From Vicugna vicugna (taxonomy: Eukaryota), in assembly GCA_013265495.1 (NCBI GenBank), contig MU058009.1, forward strand, positions 4,715,654 to 4,735,653: a stretch of DNA of 20,000 bases, read 5' to 3'. Position 1 is the stretch's first letter. Each line of letters opens with the position of its first letter. Below, piece after piece: positions 1 through 10,010 of the stretch. Position numbers and translations under genes: made by a program. The notes beneath the pieces were generated by a model. That model saw nothing but the letters and a program-made list of their open reading frames with translations. It was not told the DNA's origin and ran no database searches.

Positions 1-49
1 ACTTCCAGGGAGACCTCAGCCCGCCACCCTCTCACTCTTCTGGAAGCAG

Positions 50-840
50 AGAGGCTCCTGCGCCCCCGGGAGGCTGGGAGACTCACCGGGGCGGGAGTGG
101 TGTCGCAGTGCGGATGTGACTAGAGAAACCAAGGGGAGAGGCCTGCTGTGTCACTGTGGCTCTGCCTGCAGTGCCCTTGGCCACCCGGCTTGCCGCGCGC
201 CCCCTGTTCGCGTTCATCACAGAGCTCTGACTCTGACTTCTCTACGAACTCCACCGAGCTGGCCTCCGGGGCCTCTGTGCCCGCCGGGCCCTCCCCGCCA
301 CGGGCGCCCGCCCAGCCCTCTCCCGCCTTCCCTTCTGCGCTTCCAGCAGTCACCCAAGAAATACTTCTTGAGCATCTAGTTGGCAGTAGGTGTCAGACTA
401 AGAGACAGCGAGGTGGAAACAAAACAAAAGGAGGCAAACACAATCACAGCCTCAAGGAACCAAGGTTCAGAGCGAAGACCACGCACGAGCAGCAGCCGCC
501 CAGGGCAGGAGCATCACTCGCGCGGCCCGAGCTCCCGCGCGTTTCACATCCTGGTTCTTCTGTGGACTTTCACAGCCTCGTCCTGGCAGCTACACTGTTG
601 TGCCTCCACGTATACGTCCACGCTGCTGTCAGTGTGATCCTCTCCCTACGGTGCCGCCAGCAAGAACGTGGGAATGAAAGCGGAGATGGACCCGGGAGGT
701 CCTCCGCGGGCCGGGAAACCGAGGTCAGAGGAGTCACACGCGCCGTCCAGAAGCAGAGCCTCAGTTCCTGGAAGAGGCGGATGAGCTGGGCTTCCCGAGC
801 CCTGGGTTCAGTGCTGTTGCTGCCAGTGCGCCCGTCGACA
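50..840. other. GC/CpG-rich segment (CpG-island-like)
   Basis: Visibly dense CpG, e.g. gccgcgcgcc ~192, ctcgcgcggcccgagctcccgcgcg ~517-541, ccgcgggccggg ~703. Obs/exp CpG ratio not computed; boundaries approximate. Confidence 0.45.
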
Positions 841-1622
841 AACAACAGAAGTGAATTCTAATCGACTCTTTCTGCATCCATTTCTGATGTACAAGTAGTG
901 ACACTGGGAGTTGCGCCTGAATGGTGCATTCTTTAAGTTGGTGTGTGCCAGATGTATGTTCCATGACAGGACCTGGAGATACGGTCCCTACCCTGGGACG
1001 ACACTGACTTCCCCTTAACTTCACGTCCTTGGATGGGGATGTGCGGTGCTTGCACCCCCAGAAACTGTGTTCAAAATGGGAACGTACAGCCTTAGGTACA
1101 ATCTGGGGGGACGGGGTGTAAGAAGCTCTTCAAAGATTGAATCGCATTCCCCAAGACACGGGCTGGCAATCAATAGACAGAGAGGAAGACTCCTCCGGGG
1201 GGCTCACATCACGCTGGGAGAGCTCGCAGGGCCCCCGACGCCCCACTGCAGCTTTCAGCCCGAACGTGTGGTCTCTGGCTGCAGCAGAATGTTAATGAGG
1301 CCAGAACTCCACCCTGTGCAATACAGACGAGGAGCCGTGGCAGATTCTGCCGTCAACGCTCCGTCACTTTGTTTTACAGGGACAGAAACGACAGGGATGC
1401 TCGAGATTAAAAGATCTGTTTAATGGTCTGATTAATTCATTCCAAACAGACCGAAACTGTCCTAGGATTCTCCTTTGCTCCTAACCTCTTCAGCTCGTTT
1501 CCATGCGTGCCGGCTTTCCTTTCTTCTTCCCTTTTTTATTTTTTTTTGGTAGTTTAATTTATTATTCAGTTAGTGCTGCTCTGATTCTGGTGTAGTTCGT
1601 GCGGTGTGTGAGAAAAACAGAA

Positions 1623-1642
1623 TGTGTGTGTGTGTGTGTGTG
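1623..1642 (+). repeat. (TG)10 microsatellite
   Basis: Direct reading: perfect tg x10. Confidence 0.95.
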
Positions 1643-3750
1643 TTTCCCGAGGGAAGTCCAAATGCTGCCGAAGTCCAAACCTGCGACCACAACACTCCTC
1701 AAAAAGCACGATCAGGCCTCAAACAAACACTGAAGCTCCGTGAACAGCGGAGGCGCGTGCTGCTCCAGCCGTTGCCCGCGGACCTGAGCCCATCGGTGGC
1801 CGCGTTGCTCAGCGGCGAGGCCTCTGCCCGCACGTGACACAGTGGGAGGCAGTCGCTCCCTCCGATGAATGAGGCGTCTAAGTGGGAGCAGCAGGTGCCA
1901 GAAGCGGGAAGACCGAGCACAGAAGCTTTTTGATGGGACATTCGGGGGCTTTCACTCTGAACAGTGGCCTGTTTTCCTCCCTTTCAGATGTTTTCCCTAA
2001 ATGTCCCTTTCACACCCTTTTCGAAGCTCGGTATCGGGAAAAGTGCTATGACCAATGCCTGACGCTGGAGGATTTTTAAAGCAAATGACAGGGCAAGCAT
2101 GGATTAAGAAGTCATTAGTCTCCATTCCTTGGTCCCTAGGCCCGGAGCTGAGTGGGCTCAGGACGGCTCTACGCAGCCCGGAACCGCTCGCAGGTAAGGA
2201 TTTTTGTGAACCCTGTAAGCGGTCCAGCTCCGCGCAGAGACGGGGACGGGGGGGTGTGAGTGTGTCTGTGTTCAGCATCATTTTGGTTTTTGCCACATGT
2301 TGGCAAGGGTGCAAGGGGCTGGATCATTTTATTTATTTAATTTCAGAAACTCTGCAAGGGGCTCTAATTAATCGCAAATGACTCTCTCAGCTGGTAAACG
2401 AGGAAAGAGGTGCCTGCTTTGTATGCTGAGAAGTCCTGATTACGGACGGGGCTTGCGGACCAAGACTCAGTGGGACAACTTTCATACACAAGCTGCAAAT
2501 ATGGTGAAGGACAACGCTTTACATATATACATACATGTATACAGCATATTTATGTTTCCGCTTTTCTGTGCTCTGTCCCGTCACATAAAGGACTGGAGGC
2601 AGTCTATCAAGTACCATCTACTGGCTGAGACTATTTAGAAGCTAAAACTAAAAGGCGCCCAAGAGGGACAGGAGAAGTAACCATGGGGTCCTCACCCCCA
2701 GCGGGGCCTGGGAGGACCAGCATTTATTTCTTCAGAACATAATACAGGAAGGTTTTACAGAAAAAAGGCATCTGGGAAATGTGTTTGAAGCCAGCAGGAA
2801 AGTAATCTTCAGGCTAAATAAGCGTTCACGCCGGCCCCAGCACGGATCTAACACCCCAGAGACCACGGACACGCCCCTGCAGTGTCCGAGGGCTCCTTCT
2901 GTCAGTGACTTAAGTGACAGGAATGGCCCAGACAGCTTGCTGGTCCTGCTATCTTTCATCCAGAGAAGGAACAGCTGGAGTAATTAAGTCATTCAGTGCC
3001 GAGATGGCTGCCATGTCCTTAGTCTTGTCTGCAGCAGCTCCTGACTGCTCCGAGTCTCTGCGAGTTTTTGAGCTGGAAGTTTTCCTTTTCCCTCAGATCA
3101 GAACCTCGGGCTGCCGTCTGAGAGAGTTGGTGGTGACAAATCGACTCATTTAATAAAAAGATGTGAATGAAGTGAGGGGAGGAAGTAAATGCACTGAGAC
3201 TTGAGAGCCGCACGTTGCCTCCTTGTGAAGGCCTGGTTCCCTGTTGCCAGCTGAGTTTCCATGGAGACGGTGCTGCACACTGGTACCCAGGCCGGTCCAG
3301 CAGCCCCTCTCCTGGCATCTCCACACTCACCAAAGGAGATGGATTATGCTAATGAGGGCTGACTTTTCTGCAACTGTCACAGGTTCAATCTTTTCTCTCC
3401 TTGCTGCAGGATCCATGTTTCTTAGTAAAGTGAGGGCTCAGCAGTGAGTCGCCTTGGCCAGAGAAGTGCTAATTCTGGAAAGGCATTTCATTAAGACGCA
3501 ACATCATCTGTACATGAGCTCACGCTCCCGGCTTCTCCACTCTTTGTCCTTTTCTTTTGGCTGGGGGAGGCAGTTACTGGTGAGAATCAGGAGATATAAA
3601 GATCAAATGCCTTGCCAAATTCCGCCCTGACATCTCCTCAGAAGAGAAAAAGCACTTTCTCCTGAAGATTTTTCCTCTAAGGATGGGGGAAAATGTTCTT
3701 CCTTTTCTTTATGACAATAGGCAGGCAAAGAGTCCAGAGAATAATTTCAT

Positions 3751-4182
3751 TTGTGTGTGTGCACACGGCTGTGCATGTGTGCGCATGTGGCCGTGCGTGT
3801 GTGCGCATGTGGCTGTGTGTGTGCGCATGCGGCTGTGTGTGTGCGCATGTGGCCGTGCATGTGTGTGCATGTGGCTGTGTGTGTGTGTGCATGTGGCTGT
3901 GTGTGTGTGCATGTGGCTGTGTGTGTGTGTGCATGCGGCTGTGTGTGTGCGCATGTGGCCGTGCATGTGTGTGCATGTGGCCGTGCGTGTGTGCGCATGT
4001 GGCTGTGTGTGTGTGCATGCGGCTGTGTGTGTGCGCATGTGGCCGTGCGTGTGTGTGCATGTGGCTGTGTGTGTGTGTGCATGCGGCTGTGTGTGTGTGC
4101 ATGTGCTGTGCGTGTGCACGCATGTGGCCGTGCGTGTGTGTGCATGCGGCTGTGTGTGTGCATGTGCTGTGCATGTGTGTAC
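3751..4182 (+). repeat. Compound (TG)n/GCAT minisatellite, ~18-24 bp unit GCATGTGGCTGTGTGTGTGT
   Basis: Direct reading: tandem variant units gcatg[t/c]ggc[t/c]gtg... with variable TG number. Explains the stop-free C/V/A/H/T-rich ORFs in all six frames. Confidence 0.95.
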
Positions 4183-4516
4183 ACATATTTACTACACAAA
4201 GTTCATTTATCTTCAACCTCAGAGTTTTGGAAGAAGTTGTCCCTGAAATCTCTTTCCTTTCCAAATGACTCCAAGTCAATGTGGCCGTGCGTGTGTGTGC
4301 ATGTGGCTGTGTGTGTGCGCATGTGGCTGTGTGTGTGCACATGGCTGTGCATGTGTGCGCATGTGGCTGTGTGTGTGCGCATGTGGCTCTGTGTGTGTGC
4401 ATGTGCTGTGCATGTGTGTACACATATTTACTACACAAAGTTCATTTATCTTCAACCTCAGAGTTTTGGAAGAAGTTGTCCCTGCAATCTCTTTCCTTTC
4501 CAAATGACTCCAAGTC
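4037..4516 (+). repeat. Tandem duplication with 239-bp period (minisatellite tail plus 97-bp unique flank)
   Basis: 4181-4277 (acacatatttactacacaaag...ccaaatgactccaagtc) recurs at 4420-4516 with a single mismatch (a4246 vs c4485). The left boundary is ambiguous because it lies in the minisatellite. Confidence 0.92.
4279..4421 (+). repeat. Second block of the same TG/GCAT minisatellite
   Basis: Same unit as 3751-4182, separated from it by a 97-bp non-repetitive spacer. Confidence 0.93.
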
Positions 4517-5364
4517 CCTTCTTATATGAGGCAAGTCAGAGTGACAGAGCCAGACAAGGGGACGCAGTGCTTAGTGGATATGCTATGACAACAGGTTACT
4601 AAGCCCTGCCTTGTCTGTCCTCACGGTGACCAGAGCCATATACACTTTCCACGTGACATACTTCTTCACGCCTTCAGCATCCCCAGCCTTCTGCCTCGCT
4701 GGAGTCAGGCCAGACTCATGCCCCTGAGGGCAATACATTGTAACGCAAGAAGCCGTATTTAAATATCACATCATAACAATTCTGCAGTGGACCACGGTAT
4801 CAAAGCAACTAACTCTTGATTTTCTTAGGTGGCTTCCATCTTGCCAAATTTTACCCTAAACAACTTAATTTCTGTCCATTAACACATTTTAGAATTCTTT
4901 CTATCCAAGTTCTCCAGAAATACCATTCAACCATGAAATGGTCCTGCAAATGCATCCTGAACCAAAACTCTAGGTGAAAAACAAAGACACAAGATTTCCC
5001 CAAAGCATTAGTAATTTATTTCCTAAAAATAGATTGTTTCAAGTGTTCGGATTCACCAGCATCCCTTACTTTAAGAGGACAGATCTGTTGGCTAAATTTA
5101 TTAAAAATCCAAGTGAACCTAAATAAAACTTTAAACCCATGGGACACAGACCCCCACGCATTAAAATAAGCTCTGAAATCAATTCTGTCTGAAATACTTA
5201 TTCATTTAGCAACTGCTATGGGACTATTTTTTTTTAAAAAATCAATGCAACTTTATTACTTTTTGATCTTACAGAATTTCTAACTAGAAGTTTTACCCAC
5301 GCTGATTTAATGGTCAGTTAAGCCCGAGAAGCAAAAATCATTTGCATACTAACACTGAGTACGG

Positions 5365-5851
5365 CAGGAGACTGAATGTCAGGACCACGTACCAAGGCAG
5401 ACCTCTGGCCCACAGCCGGCAGCCGCCCGCCCAGGGCAGCCGCCCGCCCAGGGCAGCCGCCCAGCACCCACGGTGACGCCCAGTGACCCCCGCGCTGTGG
5501 GGCAGACTTGTAAGAACTGACAACAACCCGGAGGCCAAGCGATACCCCCTCCAGCAACCGGCCCCACGTGGCCAGGACGAGATGAACAGCTGACAGCGTC
5601 CCTGACTCTCACCCCTGCTCCCAGCTCTGGACCAGCCAGAGAAAGCCAACTACGGACTCACCGGCCGGCAGCCTCCAGTGGACACGGGCTTGGCGCCGCC
5701 CCTCCTTCCCACCTTAAATCTTCCCCACCCCTCCGCCTGCTTTGCGTCTCTGCCGAACACGAGTGACGGTGGCTGACCCCCTCGCTGGAGCAGGCTCTGA
5801 GCAAACAGCCTTTGTTTGCTCTCATTTGGTGAGTCTTTGTTTATTTCCTCA
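5365..5851 (+). mobile_element. ERV1-class solo LTR, MER110/MER89-like
   Basis: Colinear resemblance to the recalled consensus: 5' gagactgaat...ctctggcccaca; middle ggaccagccagagaaagccaa; 3' gtctctgccgaacacgagtgacggtggctgac...ctctgagcaaacagcctttgtttgctctcatttggt...tttatttcctca, ending in CA. No internal gag/pol sequence adjacent. Confidence 0.75.
5418..5464 (+). repeat. 17-bp tandem repeat GGCAGCCGCCCGCCCAG x2 plus a shortened third copy, inside the LTR
   Basis: Direct reading: 5418-5434, 5435-5451, 5452-5464. Confidence 0.9.
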
Positions 5852-7019
5852 ATGGTCATTTCTTTCTAAAAGTTTGTTTCCTTTTAAGTGGATCCTTAAT
5901 GTCATGGACACATCATTTCTTTGCTTAGAGAATAATTTCTTCTTACCTCGTGCCCAGGGAAACCCAAGCCGAGTCCACGAAGCATACTTATAAATAAGGA
6001 CCAGGCTGACACTAATGTCCTAACAGTGACCGCCATGCAGCAGCACAAAAGCCGTCTCGACCCGCACGTGCCAAGAGCCACTCAGAGCGCTCCACACACG
6101 TTCACCCACTTCCTTCCCGGCGCAGCCCAGGACAGGAGTTCCCCGGGGGCCCGTTTAACACCTGGGGGCCTGGGAGGTCTGGCAGGTGCTCAGTGTCACC
6201 AGCTAGTGAGCAGCAAAGGAAGCTTCCAGCAGCAAATCCGGGAGGCTTGTCCTGGCCTGAAGTAAAAGGAGAAGCCCAGAGAAAGAGAGACTTTGCAGAA
6301 ATGCTTCCGTAAACTTGGAGCAAATGTATCTTTTTTTTTCTCATTTAGAAGAAACAGTAACAACAAAAACCAGATACAATATAATAGTCCCCATTAAATA
6401 TATAATGAGCAACAAAAATTGTCTACAGACTATAAAACGTTTTTGTAAAGGGTCAAGAGAAAGTTCGTGTCCGTATTCTTTCACAACCAGCTCTGCAAGC
6501 ACCAGAGCGCCGGGCCACGCCCGTCTCCAGGGTGCCCACGCCCCCTCGGGGCACGAGTCAGGTGGGCACACCCGGTGGAAAAGTTCCACGGATGATCCTG
6601 ATGTCTGCCGAGGGATGCGGGCCTCGGATCTAAACTTCCCAAATAGCCAGTTGTCCTCAATCATATAAAGAGAGCACACAGCGGGCTGATAGACATCGCA
6701 GAGCTATTGCAGCCAGGGAGTTTGGAGTCATACAAACACAGGGTTGCAAGTTCAAATGTCCATGTTTGATAGAATTCTGGGCTTAGGGTGGTGGTCACTG
6801 CTCAGGTGGTCAATGGAAGAGGATGGGAACACGAAACCATAGTAAACAAAATTAAACAAAATTAAACTGGCCCTCCTTCCTAACATCATGACGTGTCTGT
6901 CCCATTCCGTCTCCATCTGCTCTCCTCAGAGACCAGCGGGACCTGCAGAATTTTCCTTTATTGGATTTTTCTTCTGGCTTTGAAAGCTTTCACCGTGCGG
7001 TGACCGTGGAAGGGGAGAG

Positions 7020-7200
7020 CAATGAAAATTGTCATTAATGAAAGTAAATACTGTTCATTAACTTCAGCTGTAACTCATCTAAAAGCTAAAATAACCTCAT
7101 AATTAAAGTGCTAACCAAATTAGGCAATCTAATATAATAATTAATTTAAAATCACGCACAATAGGACAAAAATCTAAGGTAATAAAAACGAAAAGAAATG
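7020..7200. promoter_or_regulatory. Candidate conserved non-coding element / enhancer (AT-rich homeodomain-site cluster)
   Basis: Non-repetitive AT island with many TAAT/ATTA cores (cattaatg, cataatta, aattag, taataattaat) and a FOX-like gtaaata, within GC-rich flanks. Conservation not tested. Confidence 0.35.
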
Positions 7201-8093
7201 CGGGGATGATATCGTTTGGGAACTCAAATACAGTAAGTGACTTCGCTGTCACTTCCAAAGAAAATGAATAGCTTTGACTCCGATGGCTGGCATTTCTCGG
7301 TGTGATTCCTTTGCCTTTTCTTACCCAGCTGGAAGGCGAAGGTAATAACATTTACCTTTGTGCCTCTCAGGAATATTAATATTTTAAAAAGACTTTGAGA
7401 TCACCATGAGAACGCCGAATTGGGGAGCGGGCGTTCTTACAACCGGATGCCGGTGCTGCAGTGTGTGGGTTTGGGTTGTGGCGCGCAGGTGTCTCTGCAT
7501 TCGGTCAGCGGACGCGCGGACGGTAGGAATTCACACCACCTGCCAGAGTGAACGCGTCTCACTTCTCTGCATACACACCGCGTGTTCTTCGTTCTTCAGA
7601 AGGGGGTCTCCACCTACACAGGCAAGCCTCAAGGCCTTTTAACCCCAAGGTCCTCAGAGAGCGCAGGGGCCCGTCCGGCGGGTGGGAGCGTGGGGAGCCT
7701 ATTCGGTAAGAGGACGGACGGACTGTCCGCAGCGGAAGTCGTCTGGTCTCGGCCGGTCTGGTCTCCGACGCCGGCCAGCCTCAGACCCACCCGGAAGGCT
7801 TGCTGAGTGCAGGATGCGGGGCCTTGCTCCAGAGCTGTGGATTCACTCGGTCTGGGCGGCAGCCGGGAACGTGCAGGTGCCCAGGCAATACTGCTGCTGC
7901 TACGCCGAGGACCAGACTCCGAGGACCAGTGGCCTGGAAAAGAAACCTCCAGCACCCTCTGGCCACTGGGGCGCTTGACTCTCGCGCACATCATGCTCTG
8001 CACAGGCTGCCCCCAGCTCAGCATGAGCACCTGTCATGTGAACCCTCGCCGTCTGCCTGGCTCTGGTGGGAGCAGCGCCTCTGAGCCCACACG

Positions 8094-8250
8094 TCTTTAT
8101 CTGAAATGCAAATGGGCAGCTAGTCAGCTAACCAGTGGACGGACCACAGAATTTGTTTGCTTTCTGAATGATAAGCAAAGCATGAGAATCCTTTGGGTCA
8201 TAAACAAAAACAGTTTATGAGCACTTCCCACAGACAATTCAAAGTCTTTA
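8094..8250. promoter_or_regulatory. Candidate enhancer (octamer, FOX, GATA, inverted HOX/CDX sites, TCF)
   Basis: ATGCAAAT 8106-8113, tgtttgc, gataag, ttatct, TCATAAAC-N7-GTTTATGA 8198-8220, ttcaaag. Motif content only. Confidence 0.3.
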
Positions 8251-9914
8251 CTGAGGGCAAGTCACACGCCCAGCTCAGTTTTCACCTCGTACAGCGGGGG
8301 GAATAATCTGTCTGCGGTGGTTTATCGCGTGTCTGGCCTCGGGGGGCACAGCCGAGCCTGCCCCGTCCACCACTGCCCAGGACACTGCGGACACCAAGGT
8401 CCCAGGCGAAAACAGCACACACAGCACGGAGGACAGAGAAGCCGGCGGCCCACAGGTGGGGAAGTAAGGCGCCAGGAGGGGCAACGGGTGCTCAGAGCAA
8501 GCGGACGATGAGGAGAGGCTGAACCGACAGGGAGCATCCATCCAGCTGGTTCTCACAGAAGATGAGGAGGACAGAAGCTGACCCTGCTCTCACCGGGGGC
8601 CTCAGGAAGGGCCCGACGTGCGCTCCCTCTGGACAAATGGACCGAGAGGGATAGAGTGGCCCCAGGGGGCGCCCAGGCCCAAACCCAGAGGCTGGACTTC
8701 ATAACCACATGGCAAGAACAGTATTTCCTGCGGGGAGGGAGGACGGAGACGAAGAATGGAATGAGCTGGGAAGGAGGGCATCTGAAATGACACCCGCAGA
8801 AGAGGCTCTCAATGTCCCTTCTGAGCTGTTCAAAGCCGGGCCGCGGGCAGCCGCCAGCGTCATCAGCCCAGAGCCGCCTCGGCCCCCTGGTCTGGCTGCA
8901 GGCATGTTGTTCCCAAAGCGCCCATCCGAGCCCTGCCTTCGAAGCCATGCTGGACCGGAGCAACCACCGCAGCCTCGCCCTGGGTGCCATCGTGATCCCC
9001 CACGAGGACACCTCAGACGGCGTGCAAGGAATCAAGACCATGGGCCCCAAACCCTTCATAAACGTGGGGAACGGGAAAGCAGCCAGCCCGAACGCCGGGG
9101 AACAACAGGGGCTGCGTTCACATCTGCCGGGGCCTTGCTGGCTCCTTCAGACATTCTGGGTCCTCCCTTTGATGGAAGAGTGCGGTGGCCACCGTGGGAG
9201 CCGGGCTCTGCCATGCAGGGAGGCCCCCCACTCTCATTGAACTGGATTTGGCATCTACCTGCAGGAGCCTCGGGGGGAAAGGCTGCCGTGGGCGGTGGGG
9301 CTGGGGAGCCCCGTCCCTCCTCTCCCATCCCAGGCCCACGCACGCACACCCCGCCGCGCCATTCAGACAAGGCCCAACTCGGACTGCCGAGCAGAGCAGC
9401 TCCCTCCCGACATTCTGCTTATGTTGGTGGAGAGCAACTTCCATGGAAATGACGCCAAAAACAGGGCCAGGGAGAAGGGAGATTTTGACTCCGCTGTGAA
9501 GACGTCCCAAAACCCCGTAGCTGTGATGCTACGACAGTGATGAGTGCATGAACAGTGGCAGCAGAGCCGTGGGGATTGCCAGCATCTCCTTACGTTTATG
9601 TGGTGTTGCAGCACCCTGGGATTGGCCCACGGGGAGCGACGGGGGTTCTCATGGACCCTGAACTGGTGACGATGACACTTGACAGACAAGGGGCGCGGGC
9701 CTGGGCTAGACAGCCTGCCCGAGATCACACGACCACAGCCGCTCCAGCCGCGCCATGCTTCCTTCGGGCCACTCGCCTGAGCTTGGACCCTACTCGGCAG
9801 AGCGGCCCGGATGCAGCTTTTACTGAGACGCCCTTGCACCGGCCAGGGTCTGAGCTCCCAGGGCAGGGGACGGGTGCACTTGGCTCCCACGCTCAGCACG
9901 ACAACATCACGTAA

Positions 9915-10010
9915 CAGCATCCGTTTTGGCTAAATAGAAGAATGACTGGGCGACGAGGCTTGAACAGAAGCCGGACTTCAAACCCAGGTCTGCCCGGGAG
10001 AGCACTCCGC
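9915..10010 (-). mobile_element. Degraded MIR SINE fragment
   Basis: gaagccggacttcaaacccaggtctgcc resembles the MIR antisense motif gagccgggattcgaacccaggtctgtc; the rest is poorly alignable. Confidence 0.35.

Noticed and set aside
148..861. 237-aa plus-strand ORF and overlapping minus-strand ORFs
   Set aside because: Pro/Ser/Ala/Arg-rich composition expected from GC-rich DNA, non-ATG start, no recognisable domain.
3751..4516. Repeat-spacer-repeat layout superficially like a CRISPR array
   Set aside because: The units are low-complexity and directly tandem, the two 'spacers' are copies of each other, there are no cas genes and the DNA is mammalian.
3677..4602. Long overlapping ORFs (up to 283 aa) rich in C/V/A/H/T
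   Set aside because: Translations of the TG/CA minisatellite, which lacks stops in all frames; not metallothionein- or keratin-associated genes.
6715..6760. MIR-like snippet tttggagtcatacaaacacagggtt
   Set aside because: Too short and diverged to call without an HMM search.
6843..6867. TAAACAAAAT x2.5 short tandem repeat
   Set aside because: Trivial slippage duplication; the FOX-like motif alone is insufficient evidence of function.
7563..7613. Possible 51-nt minus-strand exon (GDPLLKNEEHAVCMQR)
   Set aside because: Weak polypyrimidine tract, no recognisable protein match and no supported partner exons.
8709..9452. 247-aa ATG-initiated ORF
   Set aside because: Pro/Gly/Arg-rich with no recognisable domain, and similarly long ORFs overlap it in other frames and strands, typical of stop-poor GC-rich sequence.
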